Shown: positions 12,212-22,630, counted from the first letter of the stretch. The stretch: DNA of 64,000 bases from Pseudomonadota bacterium (GCA_043718025.1 JAYSWN010000188.1:25094-89093); one strand, 5' to 3'. Program-made: numbers and translations. The notes: a model not told the origin generated them from the letters alone.

Positions 12212-14251
12212 ATGAATCGATACTCTCTTCTTATCTTCTTGGTGATGGCGATAACTTCTGCGGCCTTCGCGGGCCGAGGCTCACGCAGGCCGCAAGCCAC
12301 CTCGGGCTCGTCCGATAACGCCGCGATGGCACGTATTCTACAGGCGGAAGACAACCGCATTACCGGTGACAAACGGTTGCTCAGTCACTTCTCCAGCTCT
12401 TCCCGCCGCGTGGCCAAGGCCGCCATTCTGGCCGCGGGGAGAAACCGCGACGCTTCGTATTTAGAGCCACTCGCCAATTTGCTCAATCGCAAAGACAAAG
12501 AGTTCAAACAGCTCGCCGCCTTTTCAATGGGCATGATCGGCACCGAGCTTGCTCTCAAAATTTTGCAGCAACATCTCGCCATGCAGAAAGATGCCGAAAC
12601 CATCACCGCTATCATCAACGCCATGGGAATATCGGGAAGCGATAAGTTGCTCTCAACCGTTGCCCAGTTTTTAAGACCCGGCAATAAGGCTGAGGTTATG
12701 GAAGCCGCCTGCGAAGCAATGGGAAAAATTTTTTCCACGCTGGGAACCACTTCCCCATCCGGCATTCAAGAAATACTGAAAGATTTGGCGACGCTAGCGG
12801 CGGGCCCGGAGCCAGTAGCCCGAGCAGCGGCATTTGCCTTATCCCGTTGGAAAAATGAAATGACTCCTGTCACCCCGGCCCAGCTGATTGCCGCGGCAAA
12901 GAAGTCTAACTGGCCCGAAACGCGCGAGCTTTTGTTGCGATCGCTTAGTCGATTTAAGACTGCAGAAGTTTCTTTGTATTTGGCCAGCGAACTCGCCAAT
13001 GCCACCAGTAATCCGGGCGTGCGCATCGAAGCCGCCAAGGCACTTTCGAGCCATCCGGCGTCCGAAATTATTTTTGCCGCATTGAAAACCGGTTTTTCAG
13101 AAGGTTCGTCACACTTGATCTATCAGGTGCTCGAAACCGTTTACAACATGGGGCCGGCCGCTGGTCCGCGACTTACCGAGAACATTGAAGCCTTATTAAA
13201 AAACACCCAATCGGTATGGTTGCGCGGTGGCGCCTTGAAAACGCTGGCGGCAATCAATCCGCCGCTGGCCCGTCAACGCGTCATCGAGCTAATGCCAAAA
13301 GCCGGTCCGCCGCTACTCGAAGCGTGCATTGGAGCGCTGGGAACCCTTGGCACCACCGAAGACTTGGAGAAGGTTTTGACCTTCCTCACCCACACACGAA
13401 TGACGGTGGTACAAGCCGCGCTCGAGGCCCTTGCCCAAAGTTCAGAGGATAAATTTCCGGCCACGACCAAACCGCTGGTCCGAAAAACCTTGGAAACGGC
13501 CGATATTGGCGTCACCGCATTGGTGTCCCAAATCGTGGAGAAAAATCGATGGAAGGATTTTTCTGGTCCCCTGAGTCTGACCTACCGTCTGCTTTCGAAG
13601 CCAGACCAAGTGGAGGCCCGGGTAGCGATTTTGGGAGCGCTAGCGGTCGTGGGAGATCCCTCGCAGCTAGATGTGATTGAAGAGGCGTTCAAAGACAACG
13701 AACGGGTGGTGGTAGAAGCGGCGGTAAAGGCTAAGAAAGCGCTCACCGGAAAAGATGAGAGCGAACGCATTCCGGTGAATAGCAAAATCACCAAACCAGC
13801 CACCACCAAATATGATGAAATCAAAAACACCGGTGGCCGCACTCTGCTGCTACGAACGACCCGCGGCGACATCACAATTAAGTTTTTCGAAGAAACTTCG
13901 TTGGTGAATTTTCAGGTCATGAAACTGGTGAAAGAGGGTTTCTACACCGGAAAGTCGTTTCACCGGCTGGTGCCTAATTTTGTTGGGCAAGGCGGCGACC
14001 CCCGCGGCGATGGTTTTGGGGGCCCGGGCTTTTTGATTCGCGATCAATATTCGCTGATCTCCCCCGAGCGCGGTCTGGTGGGGATTGCCACGGCGGGTCA
14101 AGACACGGGCGGCTCACAATTCTTTTTCAATTTAGCGCCCAACTTGCACTTAAGGGGCCGCTATTCCTTCTTTGGCGAAGTGACCCGGGGGCACGAGGTG
14201 CTCGACCAGCTCGAGGTTGACGACAAGATTATCGCCGCAAAACTTCAGTAA
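12212..14251 (+). CDS. Secreted HEAT-repeat protein with a C-terminal cyclophilin-type PPIase domain
   Basis: Signal peptide, long HEAT-like helical repeats (AAFSMG, AAAFALS, VRIEAAKAL), and C-terminal FHRLVPNFVGQGGDPRGDG...GGSQFF. Confidence 0.88.
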   Translation: MNRYSLLIFLVMAITSAAFAGRGSRRPQATSGSSDNAAMARILQAEDNRITGDKRLLSHFSSSSRRVAKAAILAAGRNRDASYLEPLANLLNRKDKEFKQLAAFSMGMIGTELALKILQQHLAMQKDAETITAIINAMGISGSDKLLSTVAQFLRPGNKAEVMEAACEAMGKIFSTLGTTSPSGIQEILKDLATLAAGPEPVARAAAFALSRWKNEMTPVTPAQLIAAAKKSNWPETRELLLRSLSRFKTAEVSLYLASELANATSNPGVRIEAAKALSSHPASEIIFAALKTGFSEGSSHLIYQVLETVYNMGPAAGPRLTENIEALLKNTQSVWLRGGALKTLAAINPPLARQRVIELMPKAGPPLLEACIGALGTLGTTEDLEKVLTFLTHTRMTVVQAALEALAQSSEDKFPATTKPLVRKTLETADIGVTALVSQIVEKNRWKDFSGPLSLTYRLLSKPDQVEARVAILGALAVVGDPSQLDVIEEAFKDNERVVVEAAVKAKKALTGKDESERIPVNSKITKPATTKYDEIKNTGGRTLLLRTTRGDITIKFFEETSLVNFQVMKLVKEGFYTGKSFHRLVPNFVGQGGDPRGDGFGGPGFLIRDQYSLISPERGLVGIATAGQDTGGSQFFFNLAPNLHLRGRYSFFGEVTRGHEVLDQLEVDDKIIAAKLQ

Positions 14252-14369
14252 AATGCCGACCGTTTCGACCACGGAGGGCCGAGTAAACTTCTAACCCAAA
14301 AAAAGACCAACGCGCTGCATTCAGTTTTACTTCAGAAGATTCCGAAAAGATCGTGAGGAGTCTTCTAAA

Positions 14370-15128
14370 TTGTTTAATCGCTTTTCCAATTTTGCCGCCG
14401 TATTGACCGCGCTGGTTTTTTGCGTGCCTACGCACGCTCGCCGCGTACAGCGTGAAGTGGTTAAAATTACTTCCGGTAAGCAATGGCGAGTGAATGACTC
14501 GGTCTGTTTTCATCGCTCGGACAAGATCATCGCGTGTGGAAAAGTGATTGGAAATAGTTCGTACTTAGTTTCGATTCGATCCCCGGCCCTAACCGAGAGA
14601 GTAAGCAGCGGCGAAACACTTTATGTTTTCGGCGCCGGCCCCGGCCGCCAGCCCAGCAGCTACGGCGACCGTTACGTAGTGAAACGAACCGTGCCGCTTT
14701 TCCACCGCTCGTTATCGTTCGGCGGCTACGGCGGCGATGGTTTTTTTCTTCCCGCCCTCCATTTCCAGCTATCGTTAGGCCGCGGGTTGGCGATTGGCTT
14801 GATGCCGGCATTTTATCGTCCGGCTACGGATTCGAGCATTTTGGGGTCGTTTGCCACGTTAGAGTTCTATCTAAGCGGAAACACTTTTAGCGGCATCAAC
14901 CTATCATTTGGTGCAGGAATTTATTCTTTTCAAGACTCTAATCTTCCCGCCAAATGGGTGCCGACGGCCCAAGCCACTTTGGGTTACCGCTTCTTGGCGC
15001 GCGGCGGGATTAATTTAGGCTTAGGCGTAGGCGGCCAATATGTCGACTCAGAGTCGAAGTTTCTGCGCGGTACCCGCACGTCCATCTTCCAGCCGTTAGC
15101 CAAGGCCGACATTGGCTTCTCTTTTTAA
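14370..15128 (+). CDS. Hypothetical outer-membrane beta-barrel protein with a small N-terminal domain
   Basis: Signal peptide, alternating amphipathic strands, C-terminal ADIGFSF; TTG start with GAGGAG SD. Confidence 0.65.
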   Translation: MFNRFSNFAAVLTALVFCVPTHARRVQREVVKITSGKQWRVNDSVCFHRSDKIIACGKVIGNSSYLVSIRSPALTERVSSGETLYVFGAGPGRQPSSYGDRYVVKRTVPLFHRSLSFGGYGGDGFFLPALHFQLSLGRGLAIGLMPAFYRPATDSSILGSFATLEFYLSGNTFSGINLSFGAGIYSFQDSNLPAKWVPTAQATLGYRFLARGGINLGLGVGGQYVDSESKFLRGTRTSIFQPLAKADIGFSF

Positions 15129-15140
15129 AGCCGCCAAAGA

Positions 15141-16283
15141 TTAGATGTACTCGCCACGTTTGATCTTATCGACGATGATTTTTTCTGGCATCTGCGGATC
15201 GCGTGGGTCCACCATAAAGTACGATTGCTGCTCACAACGCCGCTTATTTTTCAGCAACCATTCGAGAAGCTTTGAGACCCCCCGGTTCTTTTTATCGCGG
15301 AAGAAGGGATCATTTTTTAGAGCGTCGGCCGCCTTTTTTAAAGCGCGCCCTTCCGAAGGGTCAGATTCTTTAACTGGATAATCACTCAGGTCGAATTTTT
15401 TTATGTCTTCGGGCAGTACGCCCAAAAACCGCACTTCGGGGGCACTAAAATCGGAATTACGAATTAAACTCGCGGCCGATCCCGCTTTTAACGTGCGGTA
15501 AATATTCTGCAGAGTGTAGGCGTCGAGGTCGCCAAAGAAGTAGATGGGCACCGACAGTTCGTCAGAAATCAGTTTGCACCAACCACGAACCGCATTGCTC
15601 GGAACGCCCTGCGCGCCCATCAATATACAGTTGTGCCGTTTGCAAAAACCGTTGGCCACGAGCGTATTCGCCGTACCTTCGGATTCAACCACCAAACAAA
15701 AATCGATTTTCTTTTTGGCCTTAAGCCGTAGGCTTTGCGGCCGGTTTTTAGGCTGAAAAGGGGTTGTTCCCAATGAGCTTAAATCGACCACCGCTTTGGT
15801 ACCGTCGAGCAGCGTTTCGGTAACCACCAGTTGATTAGAATAGGTTTGGCCGCCACGATCGTTGGCATAACAGTTTAACTCTTCGCGGTAGCATTCCAGC
15901 ATTTCGCAGATGAAATCGATGATCGAATCACTTTCGGTCTGGTCGCCAAAATCGAGCGGGCCCAGGTCGGGAGAGTGTTTCACTTCACCTTTGCAGATGT
16001 AATAAATTTCACGCTTGGTATTCACCGCGCCGGTTTCTAAATTTCGGAGAAAAATCTCTAAAACAAAGATCGCCCGCGACATCTTTTGCACCGATGCCAC
16101 ATTGAGTTCCGTGCGAACTTTTTTGCCGGCAGGGGTTAAATAACCCACCTTCGGGTTGTATTCCGAATTATCTAAAGAACATTTCACCGCTTCTAAAACC
16201 GGCCGGCGCGCATGTTCTAAATCGGTGAGCAAACGCTCGCACAAGGTTTTAGAAAGTTTTGGGATATCGCTAACTTTTTCCAT
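15141..16283 (-). CDS. top6A: DNA topoisomerase VI subunit A (Spo11-like)
   Basis: TKREIYY (catalytic Tyr region), Q.ESDSII, TOPRIM LVVESEG and FGDLDAY; 2 bp downstream of top6B. Confidence 0.88.
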   Translation of the reverse strand: MEKVSDIPKLSKTLCERLLTDLEHARRPVLEAVKCSLDNSEYNPKVGYLTPAGKKVRTELNVASVQKMSRAIFVLEIFLRNLETGAVNTKREIYYICKGEVKHSPDLGPLDFGDQTESDSIIDFICEMLECYREELNCYANDRGGQTYSNQLVVTETLLDGTKAVVDLSSLGTTPFQPKNRPQSLRLKAKKKIDFCLVVESEGTANTLVANGFCKRHNCILMGAQGVPSNAVRGWCKLISDELSVPIYFFGDLDAYTLQNIYRTLKAGSAASLIRNSDFSAPEVRFLGVLPEDIKKFDLSDYPVKESDPSEGRALKKAADALKNDPFFRDKKNRGVSKLLEWLLKNKRRCEQQSYFMVDPRDPQMPEKIIVDKIKRGEYI

Positions 16284-16285
16284 GA

Positions 16286-18055
16286 TTACCGTTCCGCCGT
16301 TTTTTCTTTACCAGATGCGCGGCGCCCTTTTGATTTCTTGCCCGTCTTCTTGTTCGTTTCGCCTTCTGACTCGGAAGCATCATCGCCATCCACGATCGGT
16401 GCTTCTTCTTCGATGACCTGAAACTTGCCCTTTGATTTGGCAAGCTCCGCATCAGCCACAGCTTGATCCAGATGCACTTTGGCCTGACTGATGTCGCGTC
16501 CTAAAAGTTTGATTAGACCGTCTGAAGCCTTCTTTTTGCGCGACGCCGGTGCTTTGGCGATACGGCACAAACAGTCCACCAGAATGGGGCAAAACTGTTC
16601 AATGTGGCGCAGCTTTTCTTCCAGATCGGCTTCCCGATTTTCTTTTCTAATGTGCCGCGACAGGCGTTGTCCCGCTTGAATAAGGGCACGCCGAATCTCT
16701 TCAACCAGCTCATCGCTGGCGTCTACGGTCTCTTTCGAGGCATTTTTAAATTTAATAAACGGCGACACCAAACTTACGGCGATGACGTAAGGGCCTGACG
16801 GCACGCTTTCGCGGCTCTGGGCCAAGCCGTAAGTGCGCCAATTCACCGTTTCAATCGCTTTCACCATGGCGCAGGCCGCTTTGTCGAACTGAAGGGGTAC
16901 GCGGTTGGCAAAACGCATTACCTGCGCCTGTTGCTCTTCCCCATCCGCGCCTTTTCCAGAAACCTTCAAACGGGCAATCGCCACTTCGATCACCACCGGT
17001 TTAGAGTCACAAATGGTAGGCTTGCGGGTCACCACCGCAAAAAAATCGACTTCGCCCAAACGACGAACGCTTTGCGAAAAGGCCGTTTCCCCGATCGTAA
17101 TTACCGATCGGGTGCTAGGGGCCATCAGCTCAGTCTTCTGCACGGCGGCAAAGACCTCTTTGAATTGAGCTTCATTCAGCTTGTCGATGGACTCATCGAG
17201 TAACTTTTTGTTCATCCCATTTTTGGTGAACTCTTGAACCACGTTGTCGCTAATGCGCGAAAAACCTTTTTTAAACCAGCTCTTCAGCGCCATTTTTCCA
17301 AACAGATGGGAGTGAGCAATAAATTCGCCAAGCTTCATCGTATGCGGGTGTGGCTCAACGGCGTCAGGGATCGCAGGCACAACTTCAGACACCCGCTTAA
17401 TCGTCTGCCACTCTTGCTCCGGCAACCGGTACTTTAGGGTGAGGTGGGGATTTACCAGCGTGGTTCCCAATAAATAAGAAATCAATCCGCCTTCGCCCTG
17501 CAGCTGAATACGGCCGTCAATTTGAAACTCCACCGACACGCCCGAAGGGCGATCCCAGTCCACGTTCTTTTTATCGCGGATAATTCCCTTATTGTGTTTG
17601 ATATCAACTTCCACCGTCATCGAAACGGCCTGTTTCATCTTAGCCGTTTTGGTGATGACTTTAGCGCCGGTCGCGCTGGTGAGCTGGGCCCAAGTGGTGG
17701 CGGCAGAAATACCGATGCCCTGTTGACCACGCGAGCAGCGGCCCCGGCCAAATTTGGACGAAGCCAAATATTCGCCAAAAACCGACGGCACATCTTCAAG
17801 GGCCAGCCCCGGGCCGTTGTCTTCTACGAAAACGGACACTAGGTCCGTATTTTTCATCGTGCCCGCGCCCTTTTTCTTAATCTCAACGGTGAGCTCGGGC
17901 AGAATTCCCTCTTCCTCACAAGCATCGAGGGAGTTATCCACGGCTTCTTTCAAAGTGGTGAGCACCGCTTTGGTGGGCGAGGAGAAACCAACCTGTTGTA
18001 GGTTCTTAGAAAAATATTCAGCCGTACTGCTGGAGGTGATCTTTTGTTTGGCCAC
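16286..18055 (-). CDS. top6B: DNA topoisomerase VI subunit B (GHKL ATPase; start revised to GTG 18055)
   Basis: S.AEYFSKN....GF, LKEAVDNSLDACEE, VEDNGPG, SRGQQGIGIS, RFANRVPL. Confidence 0.93.
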   Translation of the reverse strand: MAKQKITSSSTAEYFSKNLQQVGFSSPTKAVLTTLKEAVDNSLDACEEEGILPELTVEIKKKGAGTMKNTDLVSVFVEDNGPGLALEDVPSVFGEYLASSKFGRGRCSRGQQGIGISAATTWAQLTSATGAKVITKTAKMKQAVSMTVEVDIKHNKGIIRDKKNVDWDRPSGVSVEFQIDGRIQLQGEGGLISYLLGTTLVNPHLTLKYRLPEQEWQTIKRVSEVVPAIPDAVEPHPHTMKLGEFIAHSHLFGKMALKSWFKKGFSRISDNVVQEFTKNGMNKKLLDESIDKLNEAQFKEVFAAVQKTELMAPSTRSVITIGETAFSQSVRRLGEVDFFAVVTRKPTICDSKPVVIEVAIARLKVSGKGADGEEQQAQVMRFANRVPLQFDKAACAMVKAIETVNWRTYGLAQSRESVPSGPYVIAVSLVSPFIKFKNASKETVDASDELVEEIRRALIQAGQRLSRHIRKENREADLEEKLRHIEQFCPILVDCLCRIAKAPASRKKKASDGLIKLLGRDISQAKVHLDQAVADAELAKSKGKFQVIEEEAPIVDGDDASESEGETNKKTGKKSKGRRASGKEKTAER

Positions 18056-18198
18056 GTGCCTTCTCTTTGTTGTTAAACCAAGCCAATAAGACTCAAAAAA
18101 AGCCGGCGCCGTAGTTTTTGCGCGCCACTTCAGAACTAATGATACTCGAGAATAGGGTATCAAGGGGAAACGAGGCAAGCTCGCTCTCCCTCAAAAAT

Positions 18199-19482
18199 TT
18201 AACCGCGCTGAGTTAAAGGCACGAAAGAACGCTCTTTTTCGCCCACGTAGATCTGCCGAGGCCGACCAATCTTAGCGTTTGGGGCGTCGAACATCTCTTT
18301 CCACTGCCCGATCCAACCCGGTAAACGACCGATGGCAAACAGCACGGTGAACATATTTGTCGGAATTCCCATCGCCCGATAAATGATGCCGCTATAGAAG
18401 TCGACGTTCGGATAGAGCTTGCGCGAAACGAAGTAGTCGTCTGACAACGCCGCCTCCTCAAGCTTCTTCGCGATTTCCAACAGCGGATCGTGCACGCCCA
18501 TTTTGTTCAAAATTTCATCACAGGCCTTCTTGATAATGGTCGCGCGGGGGTCAAAGTTTTTGTAGACGCGATGGCCAAAACCCATCAAGCGAACCCCGCT
18601 TTCGCGCTTTTTCACCCTATCCACGAAACGAACTACGTCGCCCCCACCCTCATTTTTAATAAATTTGAGCATCTCAACCACTTCTTGATTGGCGCCGCCG
18701 TGCAGCGGACCCCACAAAGCTGAAATTCCGGCAGATACCGAGGCGTAAACGTTGGCGCGGCTGCTCCCGACCAACCGGACGGTGGAAGTACTGCAGTTCT
18801 GTTCGTGATCGGCGTGCAAGATCAACAACAGGTCAAGCGCCTTTGCTACCGTGGTATCAACGCGATAATCCTCAGCCGGAACGCCAAACATCATCTTCAT
18901 GAAGTTGGCCGAATAATCGAGCGCATTGGTTGGATAAACAAACGGCTGGCCGATCGATTTTTTATACGAGAACGCCGCAATCGTGGGCAACTTGGCCAGG
19001 AGGCGGAACATCGACAGGGTACGCCCGTCCTCCGTATCCCCTTCATTCTGATAAAAAGTAGATAGCGTGTTTACCGCTGACGAGAGAGTGGCCATGGGAT
19101 GGGCATCGCGGGGGAAACCATCGTAAAATCGTTTCATGTCCTCGTGGATCATGGTGTGGCGGGTAAGTTGATTGGTAAACGCGCTCAATTCATTTACCGT
19201 GGGTAACTTTCCGTAAATGAGCAGATAGCTAACTTCGGTAAACGATGCCTTTTCGGCGAGTTGTTCAATCGGATAACCGCGGTAACGAAGAATGCCCTTT
19301 TCCCCATCGAGAAAGGTGATGGCACTCGAGCAGGCGCCGGTGTTCATGTAACCGTTGTCTAATGTGACGTATCCGGTCTGGGCGCGGAGAGTGGTGATGT
19401 CTACTGCTTTTTCGCCTTCGGTTCCTTCCACAATCGGTAGTTCGTAAACCTTGTCACCAATGGTCAATTTAGCCGTAGTCAT
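18199..19482 (-). CDS. gltA: Citrate synthase (type II)
   Basis: DGEKGILRYRGYPIEQL, HADHEQNCST, LWGPLHGGAN, MGFGHRVYK, YPNVDFYSG. Confidence 0.97.
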   Translation of the reverse strand: MTTAKLTIGDKVYELPIVEGTEGEKAVDITTLRAQTGYVTLDNGYMNTGACSSAITFLDGEKGILRYRGYPIEQLAEKASFTEVSYLLIYGKLPTVNELSAFTNQLTRHTMIHEDMKRFYDGFPRDAHPMATLSSAVNTLSTFYQNEGDTEDGRTLSMFRLLAKLPTIAAFSYKKSIGQPFVYPTNALDYSANFMKMMFGVPAEDYRVDTTVAKALDLLLILHADHEQNCSTSTVRLVGSSRANVYASVSAGISALWGPLHGGANQEVVEMLKFIKNEGGGDVVRFVDRVKKRESGVRLMGFGHRVYKNFDPRATIIKKACDEILNKMGVHDPLLEIAKKLEEAALSDDYFVSRKLYPNVDFYSGIIYRAMGIPTNMFTVLFAIGRLPGWIGQWKEMFDAPNAKIGRPRQIYVGEKERSFVPLTQRG

Positions 19483-19543
19483 AGAATCTCCTGCCTCGCT
19501 TTTGCCTACCGCTTATCACAGAAAGATTCCCGTTGGCGACCGG

Positions 19544-20374
19544 TCAGCGTTTTTTAGCCGCTTTAGCCAAGCGGCTGGCGCGTTTGGTGGCCTGCACCAC
19601 CGCCTTAATCAGGGTAACGCGAAGCTTACCCTCTTCCAACTCCATGAGCCCATCGATGGTGCAGCCGGCGGGAGTGGTGACTTCGTCTTTCAACGCCGCA
19701 GGATGGCGGCCTGTGTCGAGCAACATTTTTGCGGCGCCCAAAACAGTTTGCGCGGCAAGCTGGGTGGCCATGTCCCGGGGTAAGCCCACCTTGATTCCGC
19801 CGTCCATCAGAGATTCAAGCACCACGTAAATGTAGGCCGGGCCACAGCCACTTAGGCCGGTAACCGCGTTCATGTGCCTTTCTTCAACTTGGATGATTTT
19901 CCCCAAAGGCTTAAAAAGCATTTCGGTGCGTTGCCAATCACGCTCTGACGCGTGGGCCCCCAAACAGGCCGCGGTAATTCCAGCCCTTACGAAGGCCGGG
20001 GTGTTGGGCATAGCCCGAACGACTGCAGCATTTTTTCCTAACGCCTCCTCCAGGCTTGCGGTGTCGATACTGGCGGCAATGGAAATAAGTGTTTTATCCT
20101 TCGCAAAGTGCCGGCCAATCTTTTTCAACACCTCGGCCGCCCCTTGGGGCTTAACCGCCAGAACAATAATATCGCACTGCTTTACCAGCGCCTCATTGTT
20201 AGCCACGGGAGTGATTTCAAGCTCACGGGCCGCCGCCTCTCGGCTTTCGGGATGCGCGGTCGTAAAAAAAATGTCGTGACGGCTAACCGTCTCCGATTCA
20301 ATTAACCCCTGGACCATGCACCGGCCCATGCGCCCTAACCCTAGAATTCCAATTTTTTGTTTTTGAGCAGCCAT
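19544..20374 (-). CDS. proC: Pyrroline-5-carboxylate reductase
   Basis: GILGLGRMG, LAVKPQ, RAMPNTP, TGLSGCGPAY, LKDEVTTPAG. Confidence 0.96.
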   Translation of the reverse strand: MAAQKQKIGILGLGRMGRCMVQGLIESETVSRHDIFFTTAHPESREAAARELEITPVANNEALVKQCDIIVLAVKPQGAAEVLKKIGRHFAKDKTLISIAASIDTASLEEALGKNAAVVRAMPNTPAFVRAGITAACLGAHASERDWQRTEMLFKPLGKIIQVEERHMNAVTGLSGCGPAYIYVVLESLMDGGIKVGLPRDMATQLAAQTVLGAAKMLLDTGRHPAALKDEVTTPAGCTIDGLMELEEGKLRVTLIKAVVQATKRASRLAKAAKKR

Positions 20375-20453
20375 AAGTTTTTAAGAAGCTCCATTTTAGC
20401 ATGAACTTGATAAAAACCGGCGGTTGCGGCATACCATCCCTTCCACTTCAAGG

Positions 20454-20530
20454 GGGCGGATAGCTCAGTTGGTTAGAGCACCTCGTTTACACCGAGGGGG
20501 TCCACGGTTCGAGCCCGTGCCCGCCCACCA
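20454..20530 (+). tRNA. tRNA-Val (anticodon TAC)
   Basis: Cloverleaf: GGGCGGA-TAGCTCAGTTGGTTAGAGC, anticodon arm CCTCG-TTTACAC-CGAGG, T arm CACGG-TTCGAGC-CCGTG, CCCGCCC-A-CCA; 77 nt. Confidence 0.96.
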
Positions 20531-20580
20531 CTTTCACTCCCCTAGTCACCAACCGACAAGAGCCCAAGAGCCAGCCTTTT

Positions 20581-21600
20581 TTAGTCCAAGTGGCCCAACG
20601 GTTTTTGGTTCTTTTCAATAGGAAGCAAGAACGACAAACCGTTTAGGATGGTTTCGGCACCCTCCACCTCTTTTTTCTCCCCCCCGGCGAGTTCGATCCA
20701 CATGTCTTTGTCATTGGCGGCGCGAACTAAGTAGACCAACCGGTGTCCGTGAAGGTCATCAGTCGTACAGCGGAGCGAAAAGCGTTTTTTAAATCTATCG
20801 GTCGAGAGGCACTCTCGTGTTCTCTTCATATTCGTCCAAACCTCTGCGTTGTGAGGAAAAAGAGTAAATATGACCGTCACCCGCGACCTCTCACCGTCAA
20901 GTGACCCGGCAATATAAGCCGCGAGCACTTCAGAAGTTAGCTCCGGGAAGGTTCCTAATCGAACCTCTTTATTCACCGAAAAACGACCCGCATCGAAATT
21001 TACCGTAGCCACTTCACCTAACTTCACAAAATTTTCAACCCGATTTCTGGCCTCGGGCACCGACTTCAAGGTTTGCGCACCAACTCCGCCGCCCTGAAAA
21101 GACTCTGAAATTGGCGCAAACATCGCCTTGGTGGCAGCCGTCGCCAACACTTCGGCGCGCACTAATGATCTTTTTGTGGTTACGAAAAAGTAAGTCGCCG
21201 AATAAACGCCGTCGCCCTCGGATACCGATTTCACGCCAATGCTTCCGTTGATCGTCACTTTCTCAAAGCGTCGTCCCGGCGCCTCAATGCGTGAGAAGAT
21301 CATGAGGTCGTCGGCAGTTCCCGCCTGGGTTCCAGGCGTGATTATGAATTTTACCGATGACACAGGTTCATTCGTGCCGGCCCGGCGTAGAACCGCAGCC
21401 GTGGCGCCAGGTTTTTCGTTTGAAATCGTTACCTGCGTTTTGTCGGGGCTTTCTTTTACCGTCAACGACTCATGATACTGAACTTCAAACCCAAAGTCGG
21501 ATTGGTACTTCTTTAGCCCATTGCCGACGTGAACGCCGCAGCCGCCTAAAGCGACGATTGCGAAACCAATTAACCATCTATTTTTTTTCACTTGCTTCAT
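20581..21600 (-). CDS. Hypothetical lipoprotein coupled to the TIGR02147-like gene
   Basis: Lipobox-like LGG-C followed by GVHVGNG; ATGA overlap with the upstream gene. Confidence 0.7.
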   Translation of the reverse strand: MKQVKKNRWLIGFAIVALGGCGVHVGNGLKKYQSDFGFEVQYHESLTVKESPDKTQVTISNEKPGATAAVLRRAGTNEPVSSVKFIITPGTQAGTADDLMIFSRIEAPGRRFEKVTINGSIGVKSVSEGDGVYSATYFFVTTKRSLVRAEVLATAATKAMFAPISESFQGGGVGAQTLKSVPEARNRVENFVKLGEVATVNFDAGRFSVNKEVRLGTFPELTSEVLAAYIAGSLDGERSRVTVIFTLFPHNAEVWTNMKRTRECLSTDRFKKRFSLRCTTDDLHGHRLVYLVRAANDKDMWIELAGGEKKEVEGAETILNGLSFLLPIEKNQKPLGHLD

Positions 21601-22526
21601 GCGTCTGTTCCTTTTACGACCGGAAACGTTAAGGGGAAAAATTGAATGTTGAGTTGGTACACTTCGTTGGCTTCGCTCTGGTGTTTGTCGAGCAAAGCAT
21701 CGATGTTTTCGCGAAACTGCCGAATCAGTTGTTTCACCTCATCTAACTTGTTCAGCGGCAGACCAACCGTAAGACCGGTGATTTCGCGAATTTCTTGCGG
21801 TAACTCTAAGGCCCGAGCCGAAAGTTCAATCATGCGCCGGTGATACTGACGCACCGAAAGGTGGCGCACCTCGTCGCCGGTTTTTAATACCGTGCCCGAG
21901 GTCTGTACCAACGTGCCGTTCTCATCCTTTAAGAGTTCGAGATCCAGCATATTGCCGATCGCGTCTTCAATATTCTTAGCCGAAATGTAACGCCCCAGCC
22001 GCTGCGAAAGCCAACTAGGGTCGCGGCGAAAATGGGGCAAACCAACCAGCACGTAAATCACGCTGTAGTACCAGCGCGCGATAAACTCGTACTGCTTCAC
22101 CTCGAGGTGTTTTGCTTGTGCCAAATGCTTGATGTAAAAAAGTTCTTCTTTCAAAGCCATTCGCCCTTCCGAGTCTTTAGCCCGGGTGAGTGCCGACAAT
22201 GCTTTTAGATACCTCTTACGGTTCCCCACCAGCTTGAGGTAACGCATCAGCTTATCTTCGACCTCTTCGCTGATCGACCGTTTTCCGCGCATCACCAGGC
22301 TGAGCGTGGCCGGTGATTTCAACCCCGACCACTGAGTGAAGGAGCGTAGGCTCTTGCCCGAACGCGCCTTTTCATCGATGACGGCGCGAAGATACTCGGC
22401 CGCCGAACCAAAATTCAGCACATCGATTTCGGCTCGCACTGCCGCAACGGGGTTTGTACTTGAGGAGATCATATAAATGAGTGCCAGGCTTATACTCCAT
22501 AACACCCACTTAACGCAATGCAGCAT
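21597..22526 (-). CDS. TIGR02147/DUF4423-like HTH protein (true start possibly ATG 22472)
   Basis: YLR...SLRSF...GLKSPATLSLVMRGKR, WYYSVI, YHRRMIELS..AL, REITGLT, VYQLNIQFFPLT. Confidence 0.85.
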   Translation of the reverse strand: MLHCVKWVLWSISLALIYMISSSTNPVAAVRAEIDVLNFGSAAEYLRAVIDEKARSGKSLRSFTQWSGLKSPATLSLVMRGKRSISEEVEDKLMRYLKLVGNRKRYLKALSALTRAKDSEGRMALKEELFYIKHLAQAKHLEVKQYEFIARWYYSVIYVLVGLPHFRRDPSWLSQRLGRYISAKNIEDAIGNMLDLELLKDENGTLVQTSGTVLKTGDEVRHLSVRQYHRRMIELSARALELPQEIREITGLTVGLPLNKLDEVKQLIRQFRENIDALLDKHQSEANEVYQLNIQFFPLTFPVVKGTDA

Positions 22527-22630
22527 TGTTTATACTTGTGCCTGCCCTTACCGCTTAAGTTTCAAATAACTTATTTATTTTCAATTAGTTAAACTAAAAA
22601 AGTGTTTCGGCTGCTCTCTTTGCACGGTCT

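Noticed and set aside
14320-14348. sigma28 promoter for the 14370 gene
   Set aside because: TCAG-N16-TCCGAAAA is too degenerate to call.
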